Shown here: piece after piece, positions 27,599 through 37,604 of the stretch | How positions within the stretch are numbered: position 1 is the first letter of the stretch | Layout of the letters: each line of letters begins with the position of its first letter | Source: an uncultured Chloroflexia bacterium | GTDB lineage: Bacteria > Chloroflexota > Chloroflexia > Thermomicrobiales > UBA6265 | Length of the DNA: 64,000 nt | Assembly: GCA_963712055.1 (NCBI GenBank) | Contig: CAVQGN010000003.1 | Coordinates: 625,114 to 689,113, forward strand | Direction of reading: 5' to 3' | Translations under genes and position numbers: made by a program | Notes under the pieces: model-generated | Seen by the model: only the letters and a program-made list of their open reading frames with translations | Database searches by the model: none | What the model was told of the DNA's origin: nothing

Positions 27599-28477
27599 AT
27601 GATCGGACGTATTGGCGGTTCATCGCACACCTACCGGTTTGGCATTATTGCCGAAGCCCACCTTCCGTCGAAGGGGCAATCACCTGCCCAGTGGCACAAC
27701 CCGCTCCGTTTCGATCTTGCCCCGGAGTTGCTCTCGCGGGCAACGACTTGGTGCGGGGAGCAGCAGGCGGACGCGATTGTGCTTCTTGGTGACCTCACGC
27801 ACACGGCCGACGATGCCGCCTTCGATCGTGTGGTCGAGGTGGCGATTGCCACGGGTCGGCCAGTCATTGCGCTTCCCGGCAACCATGATGTCGTGCACGA
27901 GCACACCGGGTTACAGCGTTTTCAGGAACGGGTCGATCGAGAGCAGGTGACGGCTGCTCCCTCGGTGATCGAATCCGGTGTGGGAGTGCGGGTGATCGGC
28001 GTTGGACTGGAATGGGACCAGGACCGCAGCGGCTTCCGGTCGGCCCAACCACCTCAGCCACCCGGAGATGGCAACGATCTTGCCGTCGTTCTGTCTCATT
28101 ATCCCCTGCTGCCGATGGCCGAACTCCTGAAGGCGGAGGACCTCAAGCACGCAGGCGATCTGGTCGACCGCGACGACCTCGCTGACGATCTCCGCCGTTC
28201 CGATAAGCCAACTCTGGCAATCCATGGTCATCTTCACGTCCACGCCGCGATGATCTCAGGGCCGATTCTCCATCTCTCGTCGGCCGCACTGATCGAACCG
28301 CCACACCATGCTTCGGTGGTGACGATCACTCACGATCAGGACGGAATCACGGTCGAAAGGAACGCTGTTTCGATGCACCAGGCGACGGTCGAACGGATGC
28401 CGATCATCAGTCCGATTCAGGCTTCGTGGCGATGGTCCGGGGAGTCATGGCATGCACTCGATCTCGAGCTTGCGTGA
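27599..28477 (+). CDS. metallophosphoesterase
   Basis: GDLTH, LPGNHD and HGHLH are calcineurin-like phosphoesterase motifs. Confidence 0.7.
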   Translation: MIGRIGGSSHTYRFGIIAEAHLPSKGQSPAQWHNPLRFDLAPELLSRATTWCGEQQADAIVLLGDLTHTADDAAFDRVVEVAIATGRPVIALPGNHDVVHEHTGLQRFQERVDREQVTAAPSVIESGVGVRVIGVGLEWDQDRSGFRSAQPPQPPGDGNDLAVVLSHYPLLPMAELLKAEDLKHAGDLVDRDDLADDLRRSDKPTLAIHGHLHVHAAMISGPILHLSSAALIEPPHHASVVTITHDQDGITVERNAVSMHQATVERMPIISPIQASWRWSGESWHALDLELA

Positions 28478-28575
28478 ACCCAATTTCCGCGCTTGACGAA
28501 ACCAAGACCGCGCCATAGATTACGGTCAACAACTGGCTCGCGGCGATCGATCATGGTGCGGGCACCCGGCGCTGG

Positions 28576-29808
28576 GTGTGGTGGAGCAAATGGGTGGCTC
28601 GCTCTGGTCGGTTCCGGTTCAAGCTCGATCTCGAACGGAACGCACTGCTGCTCTTCTGGGCAATGTTTTTCATGACCTTTGCGTTCGGCACGTCGGAACG
28701 CTTCAAGCCGCTCTATATCGAATCGCTCGGAGCGCGTCCTGCGCTGGTCGGCATCGTGCTTGGTGTTGCCGAAGGTTTTCGGCTGCTGTTCTTGATCATT
28801 TCGGGGCCACTGAGTTCACGAGTATCCGCCCGAATCCTCATCAACATGCGCTGGCTCACGGTGCTCCATGCGTTCGTCTTCCTGGTAGCAACCCAGTGGT
28901 GGATGCTCTTTCCCGCGTTTCTCGCACAAGCGGGGGCAAACCTCGCCTGGCCGTCATTTTCCCGCGTTATCGACGAATCGGGATCGGAATCGACGCGCGG
29001 GAGTCGCTTTCTCCTGATCTACACGATCGCCCCGGGTCTGGCGTTGATCCCCTCGCCACTGATCGGAGCACTGATAGTTGACCATTTCGGTCTTCGAGCG
29101 GTCTATGTTCCATTGCTGCTCTTCCTCGTTATCTCATGTATGTTCCTTCTCTTTGTCAAACCTGTCGAAGCCGAGGTCCGAACCGTGAGTGGTGGGTACC
29201 TCGAGGTCTTGCACCATGCGCCGTCACGCTCGCTTTGCGCACTCGCCTTTGCTTCGAGTCTAGTTGCCTGGCTGGGTCTGACTCTGGCGCCGAACTTCCT
29301 CCACAACGAGAAGGGCCTCTCGTTCGGACTGATTGGAGCCTTCGGCACTCTTGTCGCGGTCGGCAGTATCGTCATGGGGTTGCTCCTGACCCGCTCCACC
29401 CGTCTTAGTCGGTCGCTGAATGGCACCCTGCTTACCCTGTCCTTCGTGCCGCTCGTCTTTCTTCTGATGCTTGGCGGACAGGCAGCAGCCATATTCGGCG
29501 TGGCGTATCTCGTCGTCGGTTTGACGACCGTGGCTCACCAATCGTTGTATGGACCCCTCAGCGAGGTGACTCCACCGGAGATGCGGGTGATGGCCTATGC
29601 GAGCCTGGAGATTGCGGTCAGTTTCGGCATCATGATCGCGGGGTTTGCATCCGGAGTGCTCTACGCATTCGATCCTTCGACCCCGATGATCGTGGCATTG
29701 GTTGGCAGTCTGGCAGTCATTGCCGGAACGCTCTGGGTCCGTCGCGATGTGATCGCCCGGGCCACGGCCAATGCCTTGCCGGAGACCTTGCCTGTAGATG
29801 CGGCTTGA
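28576..29808 (+). CDS. MFS transporter
   Basis: 410 aa with about 12 TM helices. Confidence 0.75.
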   Translation: MWWSKWVARSGRFRFKLDLERNALLLFWAMFFMTFAFGTSERFKPLYIESLGARPALVGIVLGVAEGFRLLFLIISGPLSSRVSARILINMRWLTVLHAFVFLVATQWWMLFPAFLAQAGANLAWPSFSRVIDESGSESTRGSRFLLIYTIAPGLALIPSPLIGALIVDHFGLRAVYVPLLLFLVISCMFLLFVKPVEAEVRTVSGGYLEVLHHAPSRSLCALAFASSLVAWLGLTLAPNFLHNEKGLSFGLIGAFGTLVAVGSIVMGLLLTRSTRLSRSLNGTLLTLSFVPLVFLLMLGGQAAAIFGVAYLVVGLTTVAHQSLYGPLSEVTPPEMRVMAYASLEIAVSFGIMIAGFASGVLYAFDPSTPMIVALVGSLAVIAGTLWVRRDVIARATANALPETLPVDAA

Positions 29809-29969
29809 CGCTTTTCATTCACCCTCTGAAAGCTCCGAGGTAGACCAATTCAGCGATAAACCAAATAAAGAGCGAAACCGAGCGATGGATGGACGCGGAT
29901 GCGACGACCCGAACCGGCGACTGGCCCGGCGTCAATCTCGACGCTTAATGCTCAAGCTCCACCTGAGAC

Positions 29970-30389
29970 TCAGCTCTCTGTTATGCTCCTGACTCCTCGA
30001 TAGCTCGTCTGGGCGAAGTAGAAAATCCAGAGCAGCGCTCCGTTGAGTTTCAGTATTTCCTCGGCTATATCGATGGCGTTCGCGCCCCACGATACGGAGA
30101 GGACTGTTTCGCGGAACGTGTTTCTGCCGTCGAGTTCCAACTGGAAACTGACATCGATCGCCATCGATAGTCCAAGACTGCCGATTGCCACCAGGAGCAG
30201 CAAATACTGGGTTGTCCGGATTGTCTCCCGGAAGTGCCAGAAGGTGGAACCAATGAGCGCAGCGTAGACGATGAAGATCAACCCCTCGCCGGTATGCTGC
30301 GATTCCTTGCCAAACACCAGCCGCGCCAACTGCTCATGGATAAGCCAAAGATCATCAACAAGCATCCAGAGATTTGCGACCGCCATCAC
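29970..30389 (-). CDS. hypothetical membrane protein, possibly the C-terminal part of a frameshifted gene
   Basis: Four hydrophobic helices. Its reading frame stays open upstream into the end of ORF 30355-30726. Confidence 0.4.
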   Translation of the reverse strand: MMAVANLWMLVDDLWLIHEQLARLVFGKESQHTGEGLIFIVYAALIGSTFWHFRETIRTTQYLLLLVAIGSLGLSMAIDVSFQLELDGRNTFRETVLSVSWGANAIDIAEEILKLNGALLWIFYFAQTSYRGVRSITES

Positions 30390-30726
30390 GAGCAGGAAAC
30401 GACTCAGGTGTAAGGCGGTTGGCGTTCGGTTTGCCTCTCAGCACCAGACCGGCGAATGCGCAGACCGTCGAGGAGGCGCACCAGAGCAATACCACCAGGT
30501 TCGAAACCAGGCCGGTATACCACTTCACCCCCGCATAGTCGGTCGGATCGTCGAGCAACTGATAGGCAGGGATATAGCCTTCGAAATGCAGGTAGCCAAC
30601 GATCCCGTAGGCGGCAACGCTGAGAATGGATGCAATTGCGAGTAGCGACCACGAGTTGCGAGCCATGTCGCTGGATGGGCTGCTCGCCATGAACGATATG
30701 CCTCCTCCCGGGATGCTTCCTCTCAA
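30355..30726 (-). CDS. hypothetical membrane protein, possibly the N-terminal part of a frameshifted gene
   Basis: Two hydrophobic helices followed by a non-hydrophobic tail that overlaps the next ORF by 35 nt. Confidence 0.4.
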   Translation of the reverse strand: MRGSIPGGGISFMASSPSSDMARNSWSLLAIASILSVAAYGIVGYLHFEGYIPAYQLLDDPTDYAGVKWYTGLVSNLVVLLWCASSTVCAFAGLVLRGKPNANRLTPESFPARDGGRKSLDAC

Positions 30727-30849
30727 ATAGCTTGTGATCCAGGACGAGAGTATCCGAAAACGCTGCGGTCAGTCTTGCTGTGGAAGATCGCTGCCCCGAT
30801 AATGCCGACCAATGAACTGAGAATCGATAGCCACATCAACGGGAGAGAC

Positions 30850-31627
30850 ATGACACTCCGCTTCGCTTATTCGACGATCAACTGGGGCGCCACGCCCGAT
30901 CTCGACCAGACCTTCGCTGAAATCCGGGAAACCGGCTGGAACGCCGTCGAACTCTTCTGGCACTCGCTCGATTGGCTGGGAACGCCCGACGCGCTGACCC
31001 GCCGTCTGGCCGACCTGAAGGTGGCAACGTTGTTCGGCGCAGTCAATGTGCCGACCGATCGCTCCCAGCTCGAAATCATGAAGAATCAGGTGGCCTACGC
31101 TGCTCTCCTCGGGGCCGAGCAGTACGGCTTGGTCGGTGGCAACCGTCTCCGCTGGCGTCCCCCAATCGCCGAGGAATACCAGGATCTGGCTGACTATTGC
31201 GAGGAACTGGCTGTTTTCGGGGAAGGCGGTCGGAGTCAGTGTCGCCTATCACCCGCATGTCGCCTGCACGATCGAAACCGAGGAGGAGATCGATCGACTG
31301 ATGGATGCGACCGAAAAACTGACCCTTTGTCTCGACGCCTCCCATATTGCGCTAGTCGAAGAGGATCCGGTCGCGCATTTGCGCAAGTACCGGGAACGGA
31401 CCTCGTATATCCATCTCAAGGACTGGGCCCGGGGCAAGTTCGTCGAGATGGGTCAGGGAACGATCAACATTGATTTCGCGGCATTTCTCGGCGAACTCGA
31501 TGCGATGTCTTTTCCAGGCTGGGTGGTGATCGAGCAGAGCAGGAGCGACGTCTCGCCGCGCGAAAGCGCCCGCGTCAACGCCGAGTACCTCCGCGCTCTG
31601 GGCTACGATCCTGGTCATGTTGGTTGA
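30850..31627 (+). pseudogene. sugar phosphate isomerase/epimerase (xylose-isomerase-like TIM barrel), interrupted by a 1-nt frameshift near 31221-31226
   Basis: Frame A reads MTLRFAYSTINWG...EELAVFGE. Frame B continues KAVGVSVAYHPHV...IHLKDW...VIEQ. Together they give one normal-length AP-endonuclease-2/XylA-like barrel. This may be a sequencing error. Confidence 0.75.
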
Positions 31628-32990
31628 GAAACCGACGATCCCGGCTTTCGTTCCCGCTAAAGGACGAGGACATCAGTTCGTCTGCTATGCCGACTGTTGT
31701 TCTGGGCTGCCCGGTGGGCCGAACGAAGCGACCTTTGCCGCTGTCAATGCCATTGTGCGTCGACTCGACCCCGCGCCGGAGTTCATCTGCTTTCCTGGTG
31801 ACGAGATCAAGGGACTGACGACCGACCGCGCCGCGTTGGCGGAGCAATGGCGCTACTGGTTCGAGCACGAAATGGCGTGGCTCGATCGGGAGGCGATTCC
31901 CCTCTATCACACCACCGCGAATCACACCGTTTATGACCCGATGAGCGAGACGGTGTTTCGCGAGGTCATGGCTCACCTCCCCCAGAATGGCCCTGACGGT
32001 CAGGAGGGGTTGTCGTACTGGGTCCGTCGCGATGATCTCTTGCTGGTTTTCGTCAATACGCTCTGGTCGGGACGCGGCGGCGAGGGTCGGGTCGAAACCG
32101 AGTGGCTCGATCAGGTCCTGACCGACAATCATGACGCCTGTTATCGGCTGGTGATTGGCCATCATCCCGTCTGTCCGGTCAATGGCTTCTCGGGATCGAC
32201 GCAGCGGGAGGTCGACCTTGACGATGGCAAGAAGTTGTGGCAAATCCTCGTCGCCCATGGTGTCCAGGCGTATCTCTGCAGTCACATGCTCGCGTTCGAT
32301 GTCCAGGTGCATGACGGCGTGCTCCAGATTCTGACCGCTGGCGCTGGGACGGCTCCGCTGATGCCGCCGGAGTCGGAGTACCACCACCTGGTCCAGATGG
32401 TTCTCGACGCTGATGGATTGCGCTATCAGGTTCTCGATACCGCGGGCAAGTTGCGCGAGTGGCTGCACTGGCCCTTTCACTTGCCTCCTTCCTCTGAATG
32501 GAAGTCCGTTTCTGCGCTGACGGATCACCCGACTGATGGGACGCTTGTTGTCTGGCGGTTCAGCGGGGAAACAGCCAGGGACGAACGGGGAGACCCACAA
32601 ACGCTACTGTGCGGAGAAATCGACGACGCATCGTTACCGCCGGTCTGGATCGGACTGCGTGGACCTGAGAACCGGTTAACCGTCTCGCTTGCTCCGGTGG
32701 CGGGTCGGAGTCCGCATGCATGGCTGGGACCGGAAGTCGCGCCGGGAACGGCGTTCGACGTCCAGGTCGGGTTCCATCCCGGGATGGGACCCGGCGGCTT
32801 GCTCTGGCGCTGGCACGACGACGCGCCATGGTCGTCATTGGTGGGGGCTTCGACGTGGGGCCTGGAACGCCTCGTCTGGCCGGATAGATGGCGATTTGGA
32901 TCGACCAACGATCGGGGCGAATGGGTCTTTCGAGGAAACGAACTGCACGTTAGCGCCACGATGCAGCGAGTTCGACAATGCGATTCCTGA
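31617..32990 (+). CDS. metallophosphoesterase with an uncharacterised beta-rich C-terminal domain of about 190 aa
   Basis: GDEIKG, TTANHTVYD, GHHPV and CSHMLAFD are phosphoesterase motifs. The 341-aa ORF on the opposite strand is antisense to this gene. Confidence 0.7.
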   Translation: MLVEKPTIPAFVPAKGRGHQFVCYADCCSGLPGGPNEATFAAVNAIVRRLDPAPEFICFPGDEIKGLTTDRAALAEQWRYWFEHEMAWLDREAIPLYHTTANHTVYDPMSETVFREVMAHLPQNGPDGQEGLSYWVRRDDLLLVFVNTLWSGRGGEGRVETEWLDQVLTDNHDACYRLVIGHHPVCPVNGFSGSTQREVDLDDGKKLWQILVAHGVQAYLCSHMLAFDVQVHDGVLQILTAGAGTAPLMPPESEYHHLVQMVLDADGLRYQVLDTAGKLREWLHWPFHLPPSSEWKSVSALTDHPTDGTLVVWRFSGETARDERGDPQTLLCGEIDDASLPPVWIGLRGPENRLTVSLAPVAGRSPHAWLGPEVAPGTAFDVQVGFHPGMGPGGLLWRWHDDAPWSSLVGASTWGLERLVWPDRWRFGSTNDRGEWVFRGNELHVSATMQRVRQCDS

Positions 32991-33042
32991 AGACACGATC
33001 TGAATCCGGACCTGTCCCGAGCACAAGCTGAAGGGATTGAAG

Positions 33043-34326
33043 CTAGTCGGTCTGTCGATTCGGTTCCGTACCTTGCTGGGTGATCAACCTGGCGCCCCGG
33101 TTGAATGTCACATACGACCAGGCCCAGTTCAGCATCACCCCCACTCGATTCCGGAAACCGATCAGATAAAACACGTGCACCCAAAGCCAGGCGATCCAGG
33201 CTGGGAACCCCCATAACTCCAGCCCATGAAACTCGGCGATCGCCTGGTTCCGACCGACTGTTGCCATATTCCCCTTATCGCGATAGACAAACGCTTTTCC
33301 CGGTTCCCCCTGCATGTGATGTTCGATCGTTGTCGCGATCGCCTCTCCCTGTTGCATCGCCACCTGGGCCACACCGGGTAGCGGGCGTCCATCCTCACCT
33401 TTGAGAGAGGCGAGATCGCCGATCACAAAGACCTCCGGGTGACCCGGAATGGAGCAATCGGGCAGGACTTCGACCCGGCCCGAGCGATCGAGAGGAACGC
33501 CCAGCGATTTGGCGAGCGGAGAGGCGATCACCCCGGCCGCCCAGAGCACGGTTGCGGCGTCGAGCCGCTTGCCGCCGGCAACCACGCCATCAGCATCGAC
33601 ATTTTCCACGGGCGTATTTACTTCGACCCGGACACCACGCTGGTTGAGTTGTTTCGAGGCCTTGCCCGCCAGTTTTTCAGAGAACATGGGCAGGATCCGG
33701 GGACCCGCTTCGAACAAATAAATGCGCGCCCAGGTTGGATCGATCCGGTCGTAGTCTCGCGCGAGCGTATGACGCGCGATCTCACCGAGCGACCCCGCGA
33801 GCTCGACGCCCGTCGGGCCACCACCAACCACGACAAAGGTCATCAGCCGATCGCGTTTCGTTTGGTCGTCGGTCCGCTCCGCTTCTTCGAACGCGAGCAA
33901 GACTCTGCGCCGGATTTCGACGGCGTCCTCGAGACTCTTCAAACCCGGAGCGTCTGATTCCCATTCCGGATGACCAAAATAGAAGTGCTTGGCGCCGGTT
34001 GCGACGATCAGATAGTCGTATGGCAGTTCGGTGTTGTGATCGAGCGTGACGATCTTGCGCTCGACGTCGATGTTTTCCGCCTCTGCCAGCAACACTGACT
34101 TGACGTTGTCCTGCCGCCTCAGAATCGAGCGGAGGGGTTGAGCAATATCAGCTGGAGAAAGCGAAGCCGTCGCCACCTGGTAGAGAAGCGGCTGGAAGAG
34201 GTGATGATTGCGTCGGTCGACGATCGTGATGTCGACATTCGCTTTGCGCAACGACCGCGCCGCCCGCAATCCCCCAAACCCTCCGCCGATGATGACCACC
34301 CTGGGTCGACCTGGTATAGCCGTCAT
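33043..34326 (-). CDS. ndh: type II NADH:quinone oxidoreductase (NDH-2)
   Basis: VVIIGGGFGGL...HHLFQPLLYQVA plus a second GxGxxG (VVVGGGPTGVE) are present. GAGGAG lies upstream of ATG 34326. Confidence 0.9.
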   Translation of the reverse strand: MTAIPGRPRVVIIGGGFGGLRAARSLRKANVDITIVDRRNHHLFQPLLYQVATASLSPADIAQPLRSILRRQDNVKSVLLAEAENIDVERKIVTLDHNTELPYDYLIVATGAKHFYFGHPEWESDAPGLKSLEDAVEIRRRVLLAFEEAERTDDQTKRDRLMTFVVVGGGPTGVELAGSLGEIARHTLARDYDRIDPTWARIYLFEAGPRILPMFSEKLAGKASKQLNQRGVRVEVNTPVENVDADGVVAGGKRLDAATVLWAAGVIASPLAKSLGVPLDRSGRVEVLPDCSIPGHPEVFVIGDLASLKGEDGRPLPGVAQVAMQQGEAIATTIEHHMQGEPGKAFVYRDKGNMATVGRNQAIAEFHGLELWGFPAWIAWLWVHVFYLIGFRNRVGVMLNWAWSYVTFNRGARLITQQGTEPNRQTD

Positions 34327-34468
34327 GTATTCACTCCTCAATGCCTACCCTTCTGATCGATCAATCATTCGATCTTAGCAGTCAGAATCCCGAATCCGCA
34401 GCGATTGCGGTACTGTGCAGCACAGAAGCAACGACCTTTGGGACCGGTATTCGAAAGGACAAACACAG

Positions 34469-35953
34469 ATGCGAATCCTTGTCGGCGAATGTAAACAGGA
34501 AGTCTCTACCTTCAATCCGGCCAAAACGCATATCGATGACTTCGGCATCTCGAGCGGCGAGGAGTTACTCGCATTTCACGAGGGGATCCCGACCGAAGTC
34601 GGCGGCGCCTTACCGGTCTTTCGAGAAGCTGGGGTTGAACTCGTCGGTTTGCACGGGATCCGTTCGCTGACTTCCGGCGGAACGCTGGCAGCCGATGACT
34701 GGAACCAGCTCGCAAGTGACTTCCTCGCCGCAGTCGCGGCCGCACCGCCTGCTGACGGGGTGTTCTTTTCGATGCACGGCGCGATGTGCGCAGAAAACGA
34801 AAGTGATCCCGAGGGCTACTTGTTACAGGAAACCCGTAAACTCCTCGGCGAAGAGATTCCTATCGTCGTTTCGCTCGATCTCCACGGAATCGTTACCGAC
34901 CGGATGCTCACCCACGCGGACGCCATTGCCGCCTACCAGACCTACCCGCACGACGATTTCGCCGAAACAGGAGCACGCGCGGCCAAGCTGCTGCTCAAGA
35001 TCCTGAACGAGGGCGCCAAGCCTGTCACCGCCATGGTCCGTATCCCGGCGCTGGTGCGCGGCGACGAGATGATCACCGCTTCTGGTCTGATTAGTGGTCG
35101 GATTCAGGAATGCATCGCGCTCGAACAGGGACCGGGCGGTCTCTCGGCGCAGATGTTTTGGGGCAATCCTTTCACCGATGTCCCCCAACTCGCATCGAAC
35201 AGCGTGGTCGTGCTCGACAATGACCCGGAACGGGCGAAACGCGAAGCGATTGCTCTTGCCGAGAAGTTCTGGAACGATCGGGCCGCTATGCAGGCGCCAT
35301 TGGTCAGTATCGACGAAGCGATCGAGCAGGCACGGGAAGCCAAGGGAACGGTCGTTCTGGTCGATGCAGCGGATGCCACCAGTTCAGGGGCATCAGGCGA
35401 TAGCAACGCAATCCTCCGTGGGTTGATCGAAAGCGACTACCCCGGCACCACGCTCTTCCCGATTGTCGATGCACCAGCGGTTGCCGCGGCGATGGCCGCC
35501 GGGATTGGCGCCGAAATCGAAACGACGCTCGGCGGCACACTCGATCCCGGTCGTTTCGAGCCACTCCCGGTCAAAGGCATTGTGCGCATGCTTTCCGACG
35601 GCCGGTTCACCAACGAATCGCACGGCACAGAATGGTTTGGCGGTAATAGCGCGGTTCTCCAGATCGGCAACCACACGGTGGTGGTGACGAGTCGACCGGT
35701 CAGTCTCTACGATCGATCACTCTTTCTCGCTCATGGTCATGATCCCAAACGCTTTGATCTGGTTGTGCAGAAATCACCCCATTGCCGCTACGAGTTTTTT
35801 CAAGCCTGGGCCGACCGGTTGATCGGAGTTGATGCGCCCGGTTCAACCAGCGCAAATCTTCCCTATCTTGGCCATACGGTCTGTCAGCGTCCCATGTTTC
35901 CAATGGAGCCAGACACAACGTTCGAACCCGAGGTCATGCTCTTCCAGCGCTAG
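34469..35953 (+). CDS. M81 family metallopeptidase (MlrC/microcystinase-C-like)
   Basis: MRILVGECKQEVSTFNP is the typical MlrC N-terminus, and the length and C-terminal domain fit the family. The start at ATG 34469 lies internal to the track ORF. Confidence 0.8.
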   Translation: MRILVGECKQEVSTFNPAKTHIDDFGISSGEELLAFHEGIPTEVGGALPVFREAGVELVGLHGIRSLTSGGTLAADDWNQLASDFLAAVAAAPPADGVFFSMHGAMCAENESDPEGYLLQETRKLLGEEIPIVVSLDLHGIVTDRMLTHADAIAAYQTYPHDDFAETGARAAKLLLKILNEGAKPVTAMVRIPALVRGDEMITASGLISGRIQECIALEQGPGGLSAQMFWGNPFTDVPQLASNSVVVLDNDPERAKREAIALAEKFWNDRAAMQAPLVSIDEAIEQAREAKGTVVLVDAADATSSGASGDSNAILRGLIESDYPGTTLFPIVDAPAVAAAMAAGIGAEIETTLGGTLDPGRFEPLPVKGIVRMLSDGRFTNESHGTEWFGGNSAVLQIGNHTVVVTSRPVSLYDRSLFLAHGHDPKRFDLVVQKSPHCRYEFFQAWADRLIGVDAPGSTSANLPYLGHTVCQRPMFPMEPDTTFEPEVMLFQR

Positions 35954-37449
35954 CTCGTTGATGCCGGTTCGCAACCGGTGAAGAAGTAAATTCGCAAGTC
36001 GACCTGGCCATATGGCTGGTTCAGATTCCCGTAGCTGTCGAGAGCCGCGCCGTCGAAGAGATCGGGCGCGACCTCAGGCAGTAATTCGTTGACACTGCGG
36101 GCCAACACAACGCCAGCGCCAATTGTCGGAGCATGACCAAAGGTCAGCACCACGCCAGCGCGGCATCCGGCATCGACATATGGTTGCAGAGCGGCGGTCA
36201 ATGCTTCGTTCGCCGCGTCGATTGCCACCTGATTGCCAGTCAGCAAACCGGCAGCATCGACGGTTACTGCCAGATCGACAAAGTCCGGATCGAGGGCACC
36301 GCCCGCCAGACCGGCCGCAACGGTTGCGTCGGCGCTGACGGTGGCGAGGTTGGCTTCGGCAGCCGCCAGTTCGGCTTCAGCTGTCGCCCGACCAGACTGT
36401 TCAACTGCGACCGATTCCTCCAGAGAGGACACGGTTGCCGCTGCTGATTCACTTTCCGTGGTTGCAGACGTTTCGAGTTCAGCAATGGTGGACGCTTGGG
36501 CGGCCATGGTCACTTCAGCTGCGGCTTGGTTCTCTGCGGCAACGGTGAGTTCAGCTGCGGACTCCGCTTGAGCAGTGACTTGGGCGGCGATGGTCGCTTC
36601 AGCTGCAGCTTGGTTCTCCGCCGCAGCGGTGAGTTCAGCTGCGGACTCCGCTTGGGCAGTGGCTTGGGCGGCGATGGTCGCTTCAGCTGCAGCTTGGTTC
36701 TCCGCCGCAGCGGTGAGTTCAGCTACGGACTCCGTTTGAACAGTGGCTTGGGCAGCGATCGTTTCCTGCGCCGCGGCAAGATCCGATTCGGTTTGCGCCT
36801 GCACCGTCGCCTGGGCGGTCAATGCCGCTTCCGCGGTCGCAATGGCATTCTCGGAATCGGCTAGATTTGTTTCGAGACCGGCGACGACCACAAGTTGTTC
36901 GCTGGTGCCGGCCTCAGCAGTTGCGAGGTCAGACTCCAGCTCGGCGTTGGCGGTTTCCAGCGCAACCACAGTCTGGGCAGCATTGGCTTCGGCCGTGGCC
37001 AATGTCGCAATGCTTTCCTCTCGGTCCTGGAGATCGGCCGTTGCGGTTGCAGCACCATCAGCTACGGCCGTTTCGGCAACAGCAAGTTCCTCCTCGAGCG
37101 CGGAAACAGTTGCCTGCGCGTCTTCGAGGTCCTTTGAGCCGCTACCGACCTGGTCTGTCAACGCCGCAACGGTTGCTTCCGCAGTCGCCAACTGACTTTC
37201 GAGCTCCGCGATATCGCCCTCTAGCGCGGCGATCGTTGCCTCGGCCTCTCCGCTATCTTGCATCGCTATTGGCGAAGCAACTGGCGAAGCAACATCCATG
37301 GCCTCTGGAGATCCCACCGGGCTTCCACTCTGAATCGCAGCGGGAATACTCGCCACCGTCGATGTCGACTGAAGCGGGAAAACCACCATGGCAATAGCCA
37401 TGGCGCTTGCCGCAATGAGAGCAACGGTCAGGATTAGGCGTTGGGTCAT
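35950..37449 (-). CDS. secreted Ala/Glu/Thr-rich coiled-coil repeat protein with a globular C-terminal domain of about 130 aa
   Basis: It has a signal/anchor (MTQRLILTVALIAASAMAIAMVVF), long low-complexity A/E/T/Q heptad-like sequence and 28-aa tandem repeats. Confidence 0.7.
   Translation of the reverse strand: MTQRLILTVALIAASAMAIAMVVFPLQSTSTVASIPAAIQSGSPVGSPEAMDVASPVASPIAMQDSGEAEATIAALEGDIAELESQLATAEATVAALTDQVGSGSKDLEDAQATVSALEEELAVAETAVADGAATATADLQDREESIATLATAEANAAQTVVALETANAELESDLATAEAGTSEQLVVVAGLETNLADSENAIATAEAALTAQATVQAQTESDLAAAQETIAAQATVQTESVAELTAAAENQAAAEATIAAQATAQAESAAELTAAAENQAAAEATIAAQVTAQAESAAELTVAAENQAAAEVTMAAQASTIAELETSATTESESAAATVSSLEESVAVEQSGRATAEAELAAAEANLATVSADATVAAGLAGGALDPDFVDLAVTVDAAGLLTGNQVAIDAANEALTAALQPYVDAGCRAGVVLTFGHAPTIGAGVVLARSVNELLPEVAPDLFDGAALDSYGNLNQPYGQVDLRIYFFTGCEPASTS
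36508..36759. repeat. 84-bp tandem repeat, 3 copies, in-frame within the gene at 35950-37449
   Basis: GGTC(A/G)CTTCAGCT recurs at 36508, 36592 and 36676. The units are near-identical and encode AAEATIAAQATAQAESAAELTAAAENQA. Confidence 0.85.
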
Positions 37450-37604
37450 CGTTAGCTCCTTCGGAGGACTCCCGGATGGAATTGCTCAGTCGTCGGAAGA
37501 ATTACGATGTGACCGAGTTTCCAACTGGATAGGCAGATATCGATCTCGTGTTTCGCTTTTCGATAATAGCGCAATTTGACCGATTGTTGGTTATGTGAAA
37601 GCAA

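Noticed and set aside
31575-32600. 341-aa ORF on the - strand
   Set aside because: It lies entirely antisense to the metallophosphoesterase gene, whose motifs (GDEIKG, NHT, GHHP, SHM) are clear. Its composition is a GC artefact.
36508-36759. Regular 84-bp repeats as a possible CRISPR array
   Set aside because: The units are contiguous with no unique spacers, they lie in frame within a long ORF, and they encode a 28-aa protein repeat.
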